A DNA stretch of 64,000 nt from an uncultured Planctomycetales bacterium (GCA_964645795.1 CAZYCL010000008.1:8166-72165), one strand, 5' to 3'. Counted from the stretch's first letter, positions 21,188-31,009 are shown. A program made the numbers and translations. Notes: a model not told the origin generated them from the letters alone.

Positions 21188-22219
21188 TTAATTATCGTTA
21201 CGGATAGACACACTTGTCTGAATAAGCGAATCTAGGGTTATAGGTTGAGGGTCAGGTCGATTATCTAAGTATTGGCGTTCATATACCGGAAAGCTGGCCT
21301 TTTTTTCGATTAGGCGGTTTATAGGCTGAAAAGCGGCCTTATGGAGTTTGCTATTATAAGAAGCGTCTAGTAAACCACCTTGATAATCTCCTGGAGCGTA
21401 ATCATTAACATCTATCACCTCAAGATAGCTATCTTTGCTCGGCGCATCGTAATTCCAGGCACTCCAATAGCCATTCGGACCTGATTCCGACCCCTCAAAA
21501 TGCTCAAGCTTGCCGCGCAAAACGACCGTGCTCGTTCCATAGCCATTCCTGGCCCTGTCTCCAGTCAGTTTCGGTTGGTCGATATTCAAATTCGAAATCG
21601 ATTCTGCCCTATCTCCTTCTATATATTCTATTACTCTCTCAGCATCCTTGGCCTGATAGGTAGTCTTACCTTTTTTAAAGTAGCGCTTAAACTGGCTCAA
21701 GGACTTATCAGACACCTCATAAGAAGAGGCTTGCCATTTTCCGTACTTTTGGGGCAAGCCTAAGCTCATGCGGAAGGCATCGTACTGGGATTGACGCTGC
21801 GAATCTTCCTTATCCATATCCCAACCGTATTTGGCGTATTCATTATCTTCCTTGGTGTTAGTTAGAACCGCCTTGAGTATACTGCTCCAGGGCCGGTGTT
21901 TAGTGCCCAGGCTAATGCCCTGAGGATAGATATTCTCGGTGATCCTCTCGCTTAATCCAAAGGGAAGCTGGTTCTCGATCAATTCATCATTAATGCCGTA
22001 TTCGTCAAATTGCCCGTCGTTGGGCATATACGGCATCTTGGTAGAGTATTTCTTTCCCTCGAATTTAAAGCTCTTTTTGCCTTCCCTCTTAGCCTTGTCA
22101 CGCGCCTCTATCCATTTGGGCTCTTTTAATCGAAGGTTCAAGCCAGAATTGTTGAGCTCATACATCTTCGGGCTATCTTTGATCATCTCCTGCGAAGGAG
22201 GCTCGTAAGAGACGAACAT
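21188..22219 (-). CDS. Hypothetical 343-aa protein, probably the C-terminal extension of the upstream 2,294-aa protein via the A10 frameshift site
   Basis: ORF track. Its reading frame is open upstream all the way into the A10 tract at 22419-22428. GGAG abuts the ATG with zero spacing, so there is no credible RBS. No recognizable domain. Confidence 0.6.
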   Translation of the reverse strand: MFVSYEPPSQEMIKDSPKMYELNNSGLNLRLKEPKWIEARDKAKREGKKSFKFEGKKYSTKMPYMPNDGQFDEYGINDELIENQLPFGLSERITENIYPQGISLGTKHRPWSSILKAVLTNTKEDNEYAKYGWDMDKEDSQRQSQYDAFRMSLGLPQKYGKWQASSYEVSDKSLSQFKRYFKKGKTTYQAKDAERVIEYIEGDRAESISNLNIDQPKLTGDRARNGYGTSTVVLRGKLEHFEGSESGPNGYWSAWNYDAPSKDSYLEVIDVNDYAPGDYQGGLLDASYNSKLHKAAFQPINRLIEKKASFPVYERQYLDNRPDPQPITLDSLIQTSVSIRNDN

Positions 22220-22410
22220 CTCCGCCGCATCCGATCTGTCGCTTATCGAACCGCCGGACCCGCCGCGGCCTCCGCCATCATCAAAGGCAAGCAGGCTGTA
22301 ATCGTCTACGGCATGCAGCTTTTGCAGCGATTGAACGACTATATCGCTTTTTTCATTGACGGGCTGGCTATTTTTCTTTCCTACGGACGGGGCATTGGTA
22401 GTTTCGTTGT

Positions 22411-25400
22411 TTACTTTATTTTTTTTTTACCGGTGGGCACAGCTGTTACAGGGGCGATGATTTTGTTCAAATCGGGCGTAGGATTCGGCAATTGATTGAT
22501 CGTTCTAAGCGGTATAGGCCTTGTAATAGCGAGGTCATCCTCCAGAGTCGACAGCCAATTGGGATTATTGAGAATCTTGGCGGGGTTCCTCTCAATGAAG
22601 GTAAAAACTCCGCCTGATTCATTCGATTCATCGCTTGTTAAAAGCTTATCCAGCTTAACCAGGTTGCTAATTACTTGTTCGTAATTATCTTCGGTGATGC
22701 TGCCGTTCCTGCAGGCTCCTACCAGGATATTTTGCGCACCTTCGGTCAAAATGTAGGTTTTACTCATTACCTTTCGCTCCAGGTCGGGGTTATTAATCGG
22801 TGTAAAGCCGGATATCTGATTTTGACTGGCCGAGACTTGCGGGGTATTTGCGGGCTTGCCAAGCTGGCGCAGGTCATTTAACAGAGAGGCTTGCGTATAT
22901 GTAACTACCGGCACGATATCGATATCCTCGTCATCGTCGACATCCTGAGGCATGCTTAATAGGTCGTCTTTGAAAGTAGACAGCCAGTTCGGATTACCCG
23001 CTATTTTTGCGGAATTAGTAACAAGGAAGTAATCAACTCCTCCCATCTCCTTGTTTACCTCTCTAAGCGTCTTAATAACATCTTGATAGTTAGACTCAGT
23101 TATACTCCCGTTCCTACAGGCAGAGATCAAGGTTTCCTGAGCCTCTTCCCTAAAAGTTTGCGTAGAGTACCTGACCTTTTTCTCTAGTTCGGTATTATTT
23201 ATCGGAGTAAACGCCGATTTATCCGCAACGACTTGCTCTAATTTAGCCAATTGCGTATTTTGAGATCTGTTTTCTTCGATTGCCGCGAGGTTATCAATCG
23301 AAGTGGTTGGTGAGGGAATATTCAAATTGGCATCTTGGGGATCGTTTTTAACCGGCTTAGCCAGGGGTAAAGCAGCGGTTGGCAGATTTTCATCCGGGAA
23401 TTCCTTAACCGGATTGATAATTAAAACCGGATTACTATTGATATCCGCGTCGGTTGTCTTAGGGTTATTGACCGGCACTGTATTGTCTGGCTCATTCATC
23501 CAGTTTAATCGGTTTCCAGGGTCTCTAAGCGGGCCGTGCATAACAGGATCGAAGTTCTCGGGCGCCTCCTCCTGCTTAATATCATTGTTTTTCACGATAT
23601 CTTGAGCCTGCTTCTGCAGGATTAACTCCATAGTAGCTTCCCTTGCGGATTGCGGACTCGAACTTAATGAATTGTTTATTGAATATATAGTATTGTTTAC
23701 TTCAATCAACTTCTTATTGTCTACCGGTTCTACATTGTTGGCAATCAAATCATTCTTTATAGGCTGCTTAACGGGATCAATCAACTGCCCTATATGTCCC
23801 CTAGCATAAGTATTGAGGTCAGACGGATTGATCCCGGAGGTAACAACCTTTTTGGAGTTGAACTCCGTCTTTTTAAAGATCGGATCGGCTCCGATGAATG
23901 TCCTGTCCACGCTTGAGCCATCTTCGCCGAGCTCCTCTGTGAAGGTAGTCCTGAAGGCACCGTAATGATCGGAGCTTTCCGGGCCGCCTGAAACAAAGGT
24001 CTTGCCGGATATATAATGCAGCTGCATGGATTGTAAGGCATTGCCGATAACAAAAGCATCCTGGTCATCGGGATTGCCTGAAGGAGACAGCGCGTCCGCT
24101 GCTTTTTGATCCTGGTCTTTTACAAACTCCCTTATACCCTGCCTGATCTCATCCTCGACATAATTATAGGAAGATAATCTCTTAAAACCCTGCATCTTAC
24201 CGTCGTTGACTTGCTCCTGGATATCTATGCTCCATTTAGGAAGAGGGATCCAGTCGGAGAAGGCCTGCGTGCCCGGGGCAGTAACACCCTTAAATCTCTG
24301 ATACTCAGATACCCTTACCCCGCTATAGGAAGAGCCGGGTGAAACAACATTCTGCGCATCCACGCGGTGCGACGGCCCGATATAAGGACTGTAGCCCTTT
24401 GAGCCTTCATAAAGGGTAAGGCTGTATGAGGTAGAAGGAGCGCCCCCTGCCAGCGTACCGGCAGCCCGATTAGACGGCCCCCTAAGAGAAAGGTCGGGTT
24501 CGGGCAGCTTGAACCCGGTTACGGATATCGGCTCAAGGCGCGGCAGAGGAACGTATTCTCCGTCGAAAACACGCAGGTGTTCTCCGGATTGTAACGGGAT
24601 ATGGTCCACATTGGGCTTGACATTGCCTCTGATATAAGGCTTAAGTTGCGATGCGTCGCCCTCAAACCGCTCTCCTGTTCCTTCATTCTTATATACAGCT
24701 TGGCCTTCTTCGGTATTAGAGCGCACATAAGACCGGCCTTTTGCGTCCTTATAATAAAGACGGTCGCCGTAGCGGCTAAGCAGCTGCGGGTTCAGGTCTA
24801 CCAGTGAGGCGCCCGTAGATTCATCGGTAATAAGCCATTGACGGCCACCATCTCTGGTCTCGGAAGGAAGCCAGGTCTTGGAAAAAAACCAGGCGGTCTG
24901 CTTCAATTCGCCGTCTTTGGATATGCCTTCTTCTACCTGGGCATATAAATCTCCGTTCGGACCCTCCACCAACAATCCGCGTTGCGCTTCAGGAAGTTTA
25001 TTCTTAAACTCATCGAGTTTCTTATCAGCCGCCTCTGCGGATTCTGTATATGATCGAAGTCCGGAAGTATTTATCGCAGATACTATGTCTTTATTGGTTT
25101 GTACCTCTATCCCGGCATTATCCGGCTTAGAAGCAGGCGGAGTATAACTGGGGCGGGCATCGGAATAATCCCTGGTTACCGATAAGGCATGGCCAAAAGG
25201 ACCGTAATAATGCGTTGAGACCCTGTCCAGCTGCACGCCCTGCCAGTCATTGGAATCCAGGCTCAACCTCTCGCCAGAGTAGTAATAGGTGTTGAGCATC
25301 CTGCCGAAGCGGTCAACCGTGGTATACTCAGCAAGCATGGGAGTCGAGCTGTGGTAGAAATCCACGCCCTTCTTAAGGCTGTCAACGACCCCCAGCAGAC

Positions 25401-28400
25401 GGTCAACGGAAGGAGCTTCTCCGTCCGGGCCTTTAGCGCCCTCATAAATCCACTTGAAGTTCTCTTTTATCTCTTCGACAAGCCTTAGCTTATCTTCTTG
25501 CGGCAAATCAGTCAGCTTCGTATTGGCTGTGATTGAGTTCTTGATGGTGGAGTTACTCAAAATATTGGTATCAGCTAAATCGAAATCATTCGGTCCGCCG
25601 ACAGAACCCCTGTAGAGGTTTCTAAAAACCACCTGGCCTTGTGAGACTCCTGCGCGCGAGAGATAATAACTATTATCGATATAATCCGTGACCGCGAACT
25701 TAAGCCGATCTCTTATGTTCCTGGCCGTCTCAAGATCACCGTTTGTTTCCGCCTCTATGGCGCGCTGCTCCAGCGCGTTCATCACATCCGGCATATTGCT
25801 TATTTCCGGGCTTATTACCTGGCTGTTTGTAGTGTAATCATAAATGGAATTATTCATAAAGACGGCGTAATTATCGAAGTTATCCGGCATAAACGCCCAA
25901 TTATTTACTGAAGCGGATAAGGATTCAGCAAGGTTCATGTCGGCACGGTAACTTAAATTAGAGGCTATGCGCATATTGTCGGCGTCAATGACAGTCCCGC
26001 CCTGGGAGATGACGCTTATATGTTGAGTGAACTTATCGCGCACTCCCCACTGGTTCATAAAGGCATTGGGCCCGGTGCCGCTGGCGCGGTAATTGACCGG
26101 CAGCAGGACGCTGTCAACAATAGCTTCGTAGAACTGCTGGCTGGCATCTCCCACCACGCCTCCAACGAAGGTCGTATCTGAACCGTATGCGCTTTTAAGA
26201 TCCTGGTTGCCCTGCTTATTCTGCCTAAAGATAGCATCGACTGTGCCGGCGATAAGGCTTGAGGCTCCCAAGTGCACCAGCTCATTTACGGCGGTAGGGG
26301 TAATCTCTTTTTCTTTGCAGTAATAACCCCAGCCTATTTCGCTAGCGGCAAAGAAGACGTTTTCCACGCTCTTGGCCCCGAGGTTACGCCAGTAACCAAG
26401 CGAACCCCTGGTCTGGAAAGGATTGTTGTATACTTTCTTGGTCTTATAGACTTTTTCTTCGCTTATTTCGCCCGTTACAGGATCTATTACGAATACAGTT
26501 AATTCCTTTCCATGTTTTTTCACAGGCACAAATTCGGTCTTTCCGGTATCTTTATTGAATCTCGTCTTATAAACCTCTGTGCCCTTATCACCCATAATCA
26601 CCCTGCCCTGGAACCAATCCCAGTTGGTAAAGGCTTCGGAGGTAATATTTGCACCGACGTTGGCAACGGCCATCTTGGCCTTATTCATGAACATCTTCTT
26701 ATAGTCAGTATTGCCGTAATAAGTTTCATAATTCATCACTTCCAACAACGCTACTCTTGTGGCGGTAGCAATAATCGGAGTAAGCCCCATGGTACGCATT
26801 GCTTCAAATCCTGAACGTAAACCAAGGCGGTTCTTCAGGGTGTTAATATCCCTGCCGTCCAGGGTGTACATCAGGCCGCCGGTATGCGCGAAGACGTTTT
26901 GGTATACCTGGTTGCTAATCGCTCCTTCATAGACTTTTAGGCCGTTAATAACCTGATCATTAACATCGTTAGGCGCAAGCTGGTATATTGTTCCGTCAGC
27001 CGCTTTTATGCTGTATGGTTTATCCGGATTGCTGGATATCTGTCCAAGTAAGCTAGAATTGACCAGTTCGTCGATTGTTAAAGTGACCAGCTCTGCCTTA
27101 TCTTGGCCAGCCCGGGTCAATTTAAGCGTTATAGTCTGATTGGGATCGCCTAAGGCGAGCACTCCGTACTGACCGATGGACTTAACCCCTTCCTGCAACT
27201 GCCCAGCAGCAACAGCCATGCCTGTTTTGTAAGCCTTGGCTGACTCTAGCATTTCTGCGGTTATGTCGCTTCCCTTAAGCAAGACCTTCTGACCAGTAGT
27301 CGTAAGGGTTATCTCTACAACATCATTAGGCTTTAAGTTTTGGAGCTTGTCCAGGTTAGCGGCAACGGTAGCTATGGTGACCTTTTCCCGGTAAGCGGCA
27401 TCGGGGTTGACAACTTGCAAGGCGTCCAACTTGCCCTGCACATCCAAATACATATATTGTTTTACCTGTTCAACGACTCCGGAAGCGATAAGCTCCTGAA
27501 CTGAGACTTTAACTTTGCTTCCATCTGAGCCTATTAATTCGTAGGCCCCATTGGGATCTATCTTGCCTAAACGAATGTCTTCTTCGACTTTCGAGTACAC
27601 TTCCCCGATGGTAGTCTTTACCCCGCCCAGGGTAACTTCAGTATCAGCGCTTAAATCGTTGGAGATATTTGCCACGTTCACTATCTGGGCCAGTTGCGCG
27701 GCCTGTTCGACATATGACTGATATTGCTTTACCACGCTTGATTTAAGCAGCTCTTCGCCGGTTATCTCGCTAATTGTCCCGTTAGAGGTCGAAATCTTAT
27801 ACACTTCTTCTTTTTTTATCTGGCCTTTTAAAATGGCTTCCTTGAGGCTTGCGTCATTTAATACTTCGTTAAGAGTAATGCTTCCTTTTACCACGCCGTT
27901 GCCTATTTGCTGGGCAGCCGCAACAGCGATTATCCCATTTAGATAGGTTTTGATACCTATTATTGCCTCGTTGTTAACATCGATATCGTTTGCCGACACA
28001 TAGATTATCTTACCGTTACGATTGACTTCATACACCGCATCCTTGGTTAGAGCGCCGTCATCCAACAGGTCAGCTACAAAGGCTTCGCAGGCTGCCAGCT
28101 CTCCGCCGCTGACACCCTTCTTCTTGCCTTTCTTATCTATGCCGTAGGCGACGTCGCTCTGCCCATCCGAAAGATACGCGCCCTGGTTGTCGAGCTTACC
28201 GCCTTCAGCGCGAGCTATCATCGGGGCAAGGGTATTCTGGACAAAGGCTGCGGCGTAATTGCCAACCATGTCGCCGACTATCTGGGCGACAGTCTCGTCA
28301 ACCGGGCCGATGATCTTCTTGCCCTTTTTAGTATATATGCCTTCCTCGAGGTTCTGCTTTACGTACTCGGAGACAAACAGACGCACAGTCCCGGATATGA

Positions 28401-29295
28401 CGTCCAGGGCAAAATACGACAGGGCGTGGATCAGGCCATTGACCGGGCTAGTAAGCATCTCCTGGCCGAACCTGATATAGGGGTTGGCACCTACGGCAGA
28501 AAGCCTGAAAATCCCCCCTACTGTTTCGTCCGAGTACTGGCTGAAGTTCCTGATAATCTGCTTTACCTTCTGGATAGGGGTATCCCATATGGGCTTGAGG
28601 ATGTTCTTGTACACCCAAACAGCGGCCTTCTTAATCGCGTTACATACGGGCTTAATCACATTATTAAAGAACCACACGAGCGCATTCCATACCGCCTTAA
28701 GCGCATCCATAACCGCCTTTTTAATGGCCTGAATAATCTGGCCTATAATGGTATTGGCAACAACGCTGGTGGTGGTCTGGACAACTACCTGCGTACCGAC
28801 ACTAGTCGCAGTTTGAGTTCCGGCTTGAGTTAAAACTTGAGTCCCTGTATCTGCAGCTGTCCCTGCAAGGGCTTCGGTCCCTGCCTGCGTTCCTACTTCA
28901 GTGCCGACATCAGCGCCTCCCTCAATAAGGCCGCTGACTATACCGCCTACGAGGCTTGCAGCGCAACCTGCTACCATTGACCAAAACTGGCCTTTCGTGA
29001 TCTTGACCTTGCCGACTTCGATCATTGTTTCGCCATAGGTGTCGTACATGGCGAAATAAAGTATGGTGCCGACACCATCACTAACTATGGAGCTAACGCA
29101 GCCCCATACAGGGTTTATGAGACAGCCCACAGCAATACCTACTCCGCTGATCGCCCCTGCTCCCATAGACTCAAGCGTAGTGGTAGTGCCATAATTACCC
29201 GACCTGGCAAATGCAGGGGGCGTAAGGGAAGAAAAAAAGAAGGCAAACGCGGTGATAAGGCTGATTACTTTTATAAATTTACTTTTTCTTTTCAT
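22411..29295 (-). CDS. Giant secreted protein, 2,294 aa. Signal peptide, Gly/Thr/Gln-rich and amphipathic-helix N-terminal region, tandem-duplicated ~105-aa C-terminal module.
   Basis: ORF track. N-terminus is MKRKSKFIKVISLITAFAFFFSSLTPPAFA. The C-terminus contains two homologous modules (FTPINNxxLExKV...ACRNGSITExNYxxVIxxL...NPNWLSTxxDDL). No catalytic motif recognized. Confidence 0.8.
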   Translation of the reverse strand: MKRKSKFIKVISLITAFAFFFSSLTPPAFARSGNYGTTTTLESMGAGAISGVGIAVGCLINPVWGCVSSIVSDGVGTILYFAMYDTYGETMIEVGKVKITKGQFWSMVAGCAASLVGGIVSGLIEGGADVGTEVGTQAGTEALAGTAADTGTQVLTQAGTQTATSVGTQVVVQTTTSVVANTIIGQIIQAIKKAVMDALKAVWNALVWFFNNVIKPVCNAIKKAAVWVYKNILKPIWDTPIQKVKQIIRNFSQYSDETVGGIFRLSAVGANPYIRFGQEMLTSPVNGLIHALSYFALDVISGTVRLFVSEYVKQNLEEGIYTKKGKKIIGPVDETVAQIVGDMVGNYAAAFVQNTLAPMIARAEGGKLDNQGAYLSDGQSDVAYGIDKKGKKKGVSGGELAACEAFVADLLDDGALTKDAVYEVNRNGKIIYVSANDIDVNNEAIIGIKTYLNGIIAVAAAQQIGNGVVKGSITLNEVLNDASLKEAILKGQIKKEEVYKISTSNGTISEITGEELLKSSVVKQYQSYVEQAAQLAQIVNVANISNDLSADTEVTLGGVKTTIGEVYSKVEEDIRLGKIDPNGAYELIGSDGSKVKVSVQELIASGVVEQVKQYMYLDVQGKLDALQVVNPDAAYREKVTIATVAANLDKLQNLKPNDVVEITLTTTGQKVLLKGSDITAEMLESAKAYKTGMAVAAGQLQEGVKSIGQYGVLALGDPNQTITLKLTRAGQDKAELVTLTIDELVNSSLLGQISSNPDKPYSIKAADGTIYQLAPNDVNDQVINGLKVYEGAISNQVYQNVFAHTGGLMYTLDGRDINTLKNRLGLRSGFEAMRTMGLTPIIATATRVALLEVMNYETYYGNTDYKKMFMNKAKMAVANVGANITSEAFTNWDWFQGRVIMGDKGTEVYKTRFNKDTGKTEFVPVKKHGKELTVFVIDPVTGEISEEKVYKTKKVYNNPFQTRGSLGYWRNLGAKSVENVFFAASEIGWGYYCKEKEITPTAVNELVHLGASSLIAGTVDAIFRQNKQGNQDLKSAYGSDTTFVGGVVGDASQQFYEAIVDSVLLPVNYRASGTGPNAFMNQWGVRDKFTQHISVISQGGTVIDADNMRIASNLSYRADMNLAESLSASVNNWAFMPDNFDNYAVFMNNSIYDYTTNSQVISPEISNMPDVMNALEQRAIEAETNGDLETARNIRDRLKFAVTDYIDNSYYLSRAGVSQGQVVFRNLYRGSVGGPNDFDLADTNILSNSTIKNSITANTKLTDLPQEDKLRLVEEIKENFKWIYEGAKGPDGEAPSVDRLLGVVDSLKKGVDFYHSSTPMLAEYTTVDRFGRMLNTYYYSGERLSLDSNDWQGVQLDRVSTHYYGPFGHALSVTRDYSDARPSYTPPASKPDNAGIEVQTNKDIVSAINTSGLRSYTESAEAADKKLDEFKNKLPEAQRGLLVEGPNGDLYAQVEEGISKDGELKQTAWFFSKTWLPSETRDGGRQWLITDESTGASLVDLNPQLLSRYGDRLYYKDAKGRSYVRSNTEEGQAVYKNEGTGERFEGDASQLKPYIRGNVKPNVDHIPLQSGEHLRVFDGEYVPLPRLEPISVTGFKLPEPDLSLRGPSNRAAGTLAGGAPSTSYSLTLYEGSKGYSPYIGPSHRVDAQNVVSPGSSYSGVRVSEYQRFKGVTAPGTQAFSDWIPLPKWSIDIQEQVNDGKMQGFKRLSSYNYVEDEIRQGIREFVKDQDQKAADALSPSGNPDDQDAFVIGNALQSMQLHYISGKTFVSGGPESSDHYGAFRTTFTEELGEDGSSVDRTFIGADPIFKKTEFNSKKVVTSGINPSDLNTYARGHIGQLIDPVKQPIKNDLIANNVEPVDNKKLIEVNNTIYSINNSLSSSPQSAREATMELILQKQAQDIVKNNDIKQEEAPENFDPVMHGPLRDPGNRLNWMNEPDNTVPVNNPKTTDADINSNPVLIINPVKEFPDENLPTAALPLAKPVKNDPQDANLNIPSPTTSIDNLAAIEENRSQNTQLAKLEQVVADKSAFTPINNTELEKKVRYSTQTFREEAQETLISACRNGSITESNYQDVIKTLREVNKEMGGVDYFLVTNSAKIAGNPNWLSTFKDDLLSMPQDVDDDEDIDIVPVVTYTQASLLNDLRQLGKPANTPQVSASQNQISGFTPINNPDLERKVMSKTYILTEGAQNILVGACRNGSITEDNYEQVISNLVKLDKLLTSDESNESGGVFTFIERNPAKILNNPNWLSTLEDDLAITRPIPLRTINQLPNPTPDLNKIIAPVTAVPTGKKKIK
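22419..22428 (-). other. A10 homopolymer (slippery tract) at the 3' end of the 2,294-aa CDS. Candidate -1 frameshift, transcriptional slippage or phase-variation site.
   Basis: Minus strand reads CCG GTA AAA AAA AAA ATA AAG TAA. The -1 frame from inside the A run continues with no stop for 68 codons into the ATG of the 343-aa ORF. Confidence 0.6.
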
Positions 29296-29695
29296 TTGAC
29301 TGATTTAAACTTTTTTAAAATCATTAAGAAGCGCTAAATAAAAATCACGACTCAATCTGGTCGCAGCTTCTCTAAACTTTTCAACCTAACCTTCAGATCT
29401 TCTTTGCATGGTAAGTATATCATAAAGCTATATTTTATATCAAGCGTAATTTATAAGAATATGAAACCGTTTTCTTTAGTTAAAGAAGAGCCAGGATGTG
29501 GACTCTTTAAAAGCATTTGGTATGCGAAAAAACTGCCTAAAATAGGCTTAGGGAGTGCTTTAAAGCTTTGACTTTGCCTCAAATCAAGACTGTGTGGTCT
29601 AGCATAAATAAGAATGGACAATAAAACGTTTGAATGGACATTAACATATATAGAAGTAATGTCCAAAATGACTTTAATTTCGGTGTCGGCTTCGG
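29296..29695 (-). promoter_or_regulatory. AT-rich upstream region of the 2,294-aa gene containing an ATGGACA(A/T) direct pair and an inverted ATGTCCAA
   Basis: ATGGACAA at 29612-29619, ATGGACAT at 29632-29639, ATGTCCAA at 29657-29664. The last two form the palindrome TGGACAT-N17-ATGTCCA. The 71-aa ORF at 29451..29666 is judged spurious. Confidence 0.45.
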
Positions 29696-29730
29696 TTAGG
29701 TATCGGTTGCGACTGTCGGTTTCGTATATT
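29676..29730. repeat. Left inverted-repeat flank of the four-helix-bundle gene (CGGTNNCGG repeat family)
   Basis: cggtgtcggcttcggttaggtatcggttgcgactgtcggtttcg. Its reverse-complement-like partner lies at 30121-30180. Confidence 0.6.
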
Positions 29731-30118
29731 GTCTCTCTTTGAAATTGCTCCAGGCTAAAGAAAGCCGATAGAGCTGTCTGCTTATTTTATCAAACTTGTC
29801 TATTAATTCTTCGCAAAGAGCGACTTCTATACCATAAGCATCTTTTACGTGACAAAGAGAAACAATTGTTTCATTACTCTCCTGCATAGCGTCATCTATC
29901 AATGCTCTGAATCCTTTCTTTTGGTGCCTTTTGGAATATGCTTCAGCAATCAATCTAGGGACAGCCTTTGAGCTTCTTCGTAACTGGTCTACTAAATCAT
30001 ATTGCTCCTGTTTGGGTAATTTAGGTAGTATCGTAGTTAAGACCACAATTGAGCTTTTGTATGCATTTTGGTAGACATCGAGGTCTAAGAAACTCGTTAT
30101 TGTTTTTGATCCTTTCAT
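29696..30118 (-). CDS. Four-helix-bundle protein (TIGR02436 / '23S rRNA intervening-sequence protein' family)
   Basis: LDVYQNAYKSSIVVLTTILPKLPKQEQYDLVDQLRRSSKAVPRLIAEAYSKRHQKKGF...LYRLS matches the conserved four-helix-bundle pattern. The true start is probably the internal MKGSK, because the ORF-track N-terminus (MRFRTRIGCRRRF) is encoded by the flanking repeat. Confidence 0.7.
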   Translation of the reverse strand: MKGSKTITSFLDLDVYQNAYKSSIVVLTTILPKLPKQEQYDLVDQLRRSSKAVPRLIAEAYSKRHQKKGFRALIDDAMQESNETIVSLCHVKDAYGIEVALCEELIDKFDKISRQLYRLSLAWSNFKERQYTKPTVATDT

Positions 30119-30120
30119 GC

Positions 30121-30180
30121 GAAACCTCCTCCGACAACCGATACGTGTCCGAAACCGCAACCGAACCTATTTCTCTGCGT
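30121..30180. repeat. Right inverted-repeat flank of the four-helix-bundle gene
   Basis: cgacaaccgatacgtgtccgaaaccgcaaccgaacc is approximately the reverse complement of the left flank. Confidence 0.6.
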
Positions 30181-30550
30181 GGAAACCGATAGCTTTTGTC
30201 TGCTTGAATAAAAGGCATAGCCACGCCTTCCTGAGTGAAAACTTCCGGTAGATATCTTCGGCCGCCCCAACTTGAGGTGCCAAATTGGCACCTCAAATCT
30301 GCTTCTTCCTCCTTAGTAAGTTAAAACAAAAATCGTGCGGGAACCTGTCGCTATGCCTTTTAACCTGCCTCAATAACTGCCTGGTTGGCACGCTATTTCA
30401 CTGTGCCAGATCTTTATCCAGCATTAGCTTTTTGTTTCTTATTCCCATTATCTTAGTTGTGATGACCTCTATAGAAATATAATTAGCCATTTTTACCTCC
30501 TTTGCTGCAATAGACGGATAAGGAGAGGGAATCTAACGGTTATTGGCGGA

Positions 30551-31005
30551 GGATTGCAGGATGATTGCAGTTAAATATCGGTAGCGGTTGCGGTTAAGTA
30601 TCGGTAGCGGCATCGGTATCGGTTACGTAACCCAAACCGAAACCGATACGTAACCGTTACCGACAGACGCGGCCCATGCGTGGCCGTTACCCTAACCTTG
30701 GCCCATACGTGACCGTGGCCGGCGGACGCAGCCAAGCTTGAGTTAGGTGGACAGGTGACGATGGAAGTTGAAGCAGGCACCCAACGCTAATAGGTATCTG
30801 GCGCTAATAGGATGATTGCAGTTAAATATCGGTTTCGGTGGCGGTGGCGGTTAAGTATCGGTAGCGGCATCGGTATCGGTTACGTAACCGATACGTAACC
30901 AATACCGACAGACGCGGCCCATACGTGGCCGTGGCCGGCGGACGCAGCCAAGCTTGGGTTAGACGGACAGGTGACGGCTTGAGGCTAAAGAGAGGTTAAG
31001 GAAAG
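30551..31005. repeat. Imperfect tandem duplication (2 copies of about 200-250 bp) of a palindrome-rich element built from short TATCGGTAGCGG-like units
   Basis: Both copies begin ggatgattgcagttaaatatcgg (30560 and 30811). They share ...atcggtagcggcatcggtatcggttacgtaacc...gacagacgcggcccat(a/g)cgtggccg...ggcggacgcagccaagcttg(a/g)gttag. Copy A has an extra ~35-bp insertion. The 69-aa ORF inside it is judged spurious. Confidence 0.8.
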
Positions 31006-31009
31006 AGGG

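Noticed and set aside
22220-22410. Intergenic promoter between the 2,294-aa and 343-aa genes
   Set aside because: The interval is entirely open in the frame of the downstream ORF and contains no -10/-35-like AT-rich block or RBS. Better explained as coding sequence reached by the A10 frameshift.
29629-29670. TGGACAT...ATGTCCA elements as sigma-54 (-24/-12) promoters
   Set aside because: The motif does not match TGGCAC-N5-TTGC(A/T). The resemblance is closer to a -35 TTGACA variant or a regulator operator.
30551-31005. Possible CRISPR array (repeated units in non-coding DNA)
   Set aside because: Only two long (~200-250 bp) imperfect tandem copies with internal short degenerate units. There is no regular repeat-spacer periodicity of 28-37-bp repeats and no cas genes nearby.
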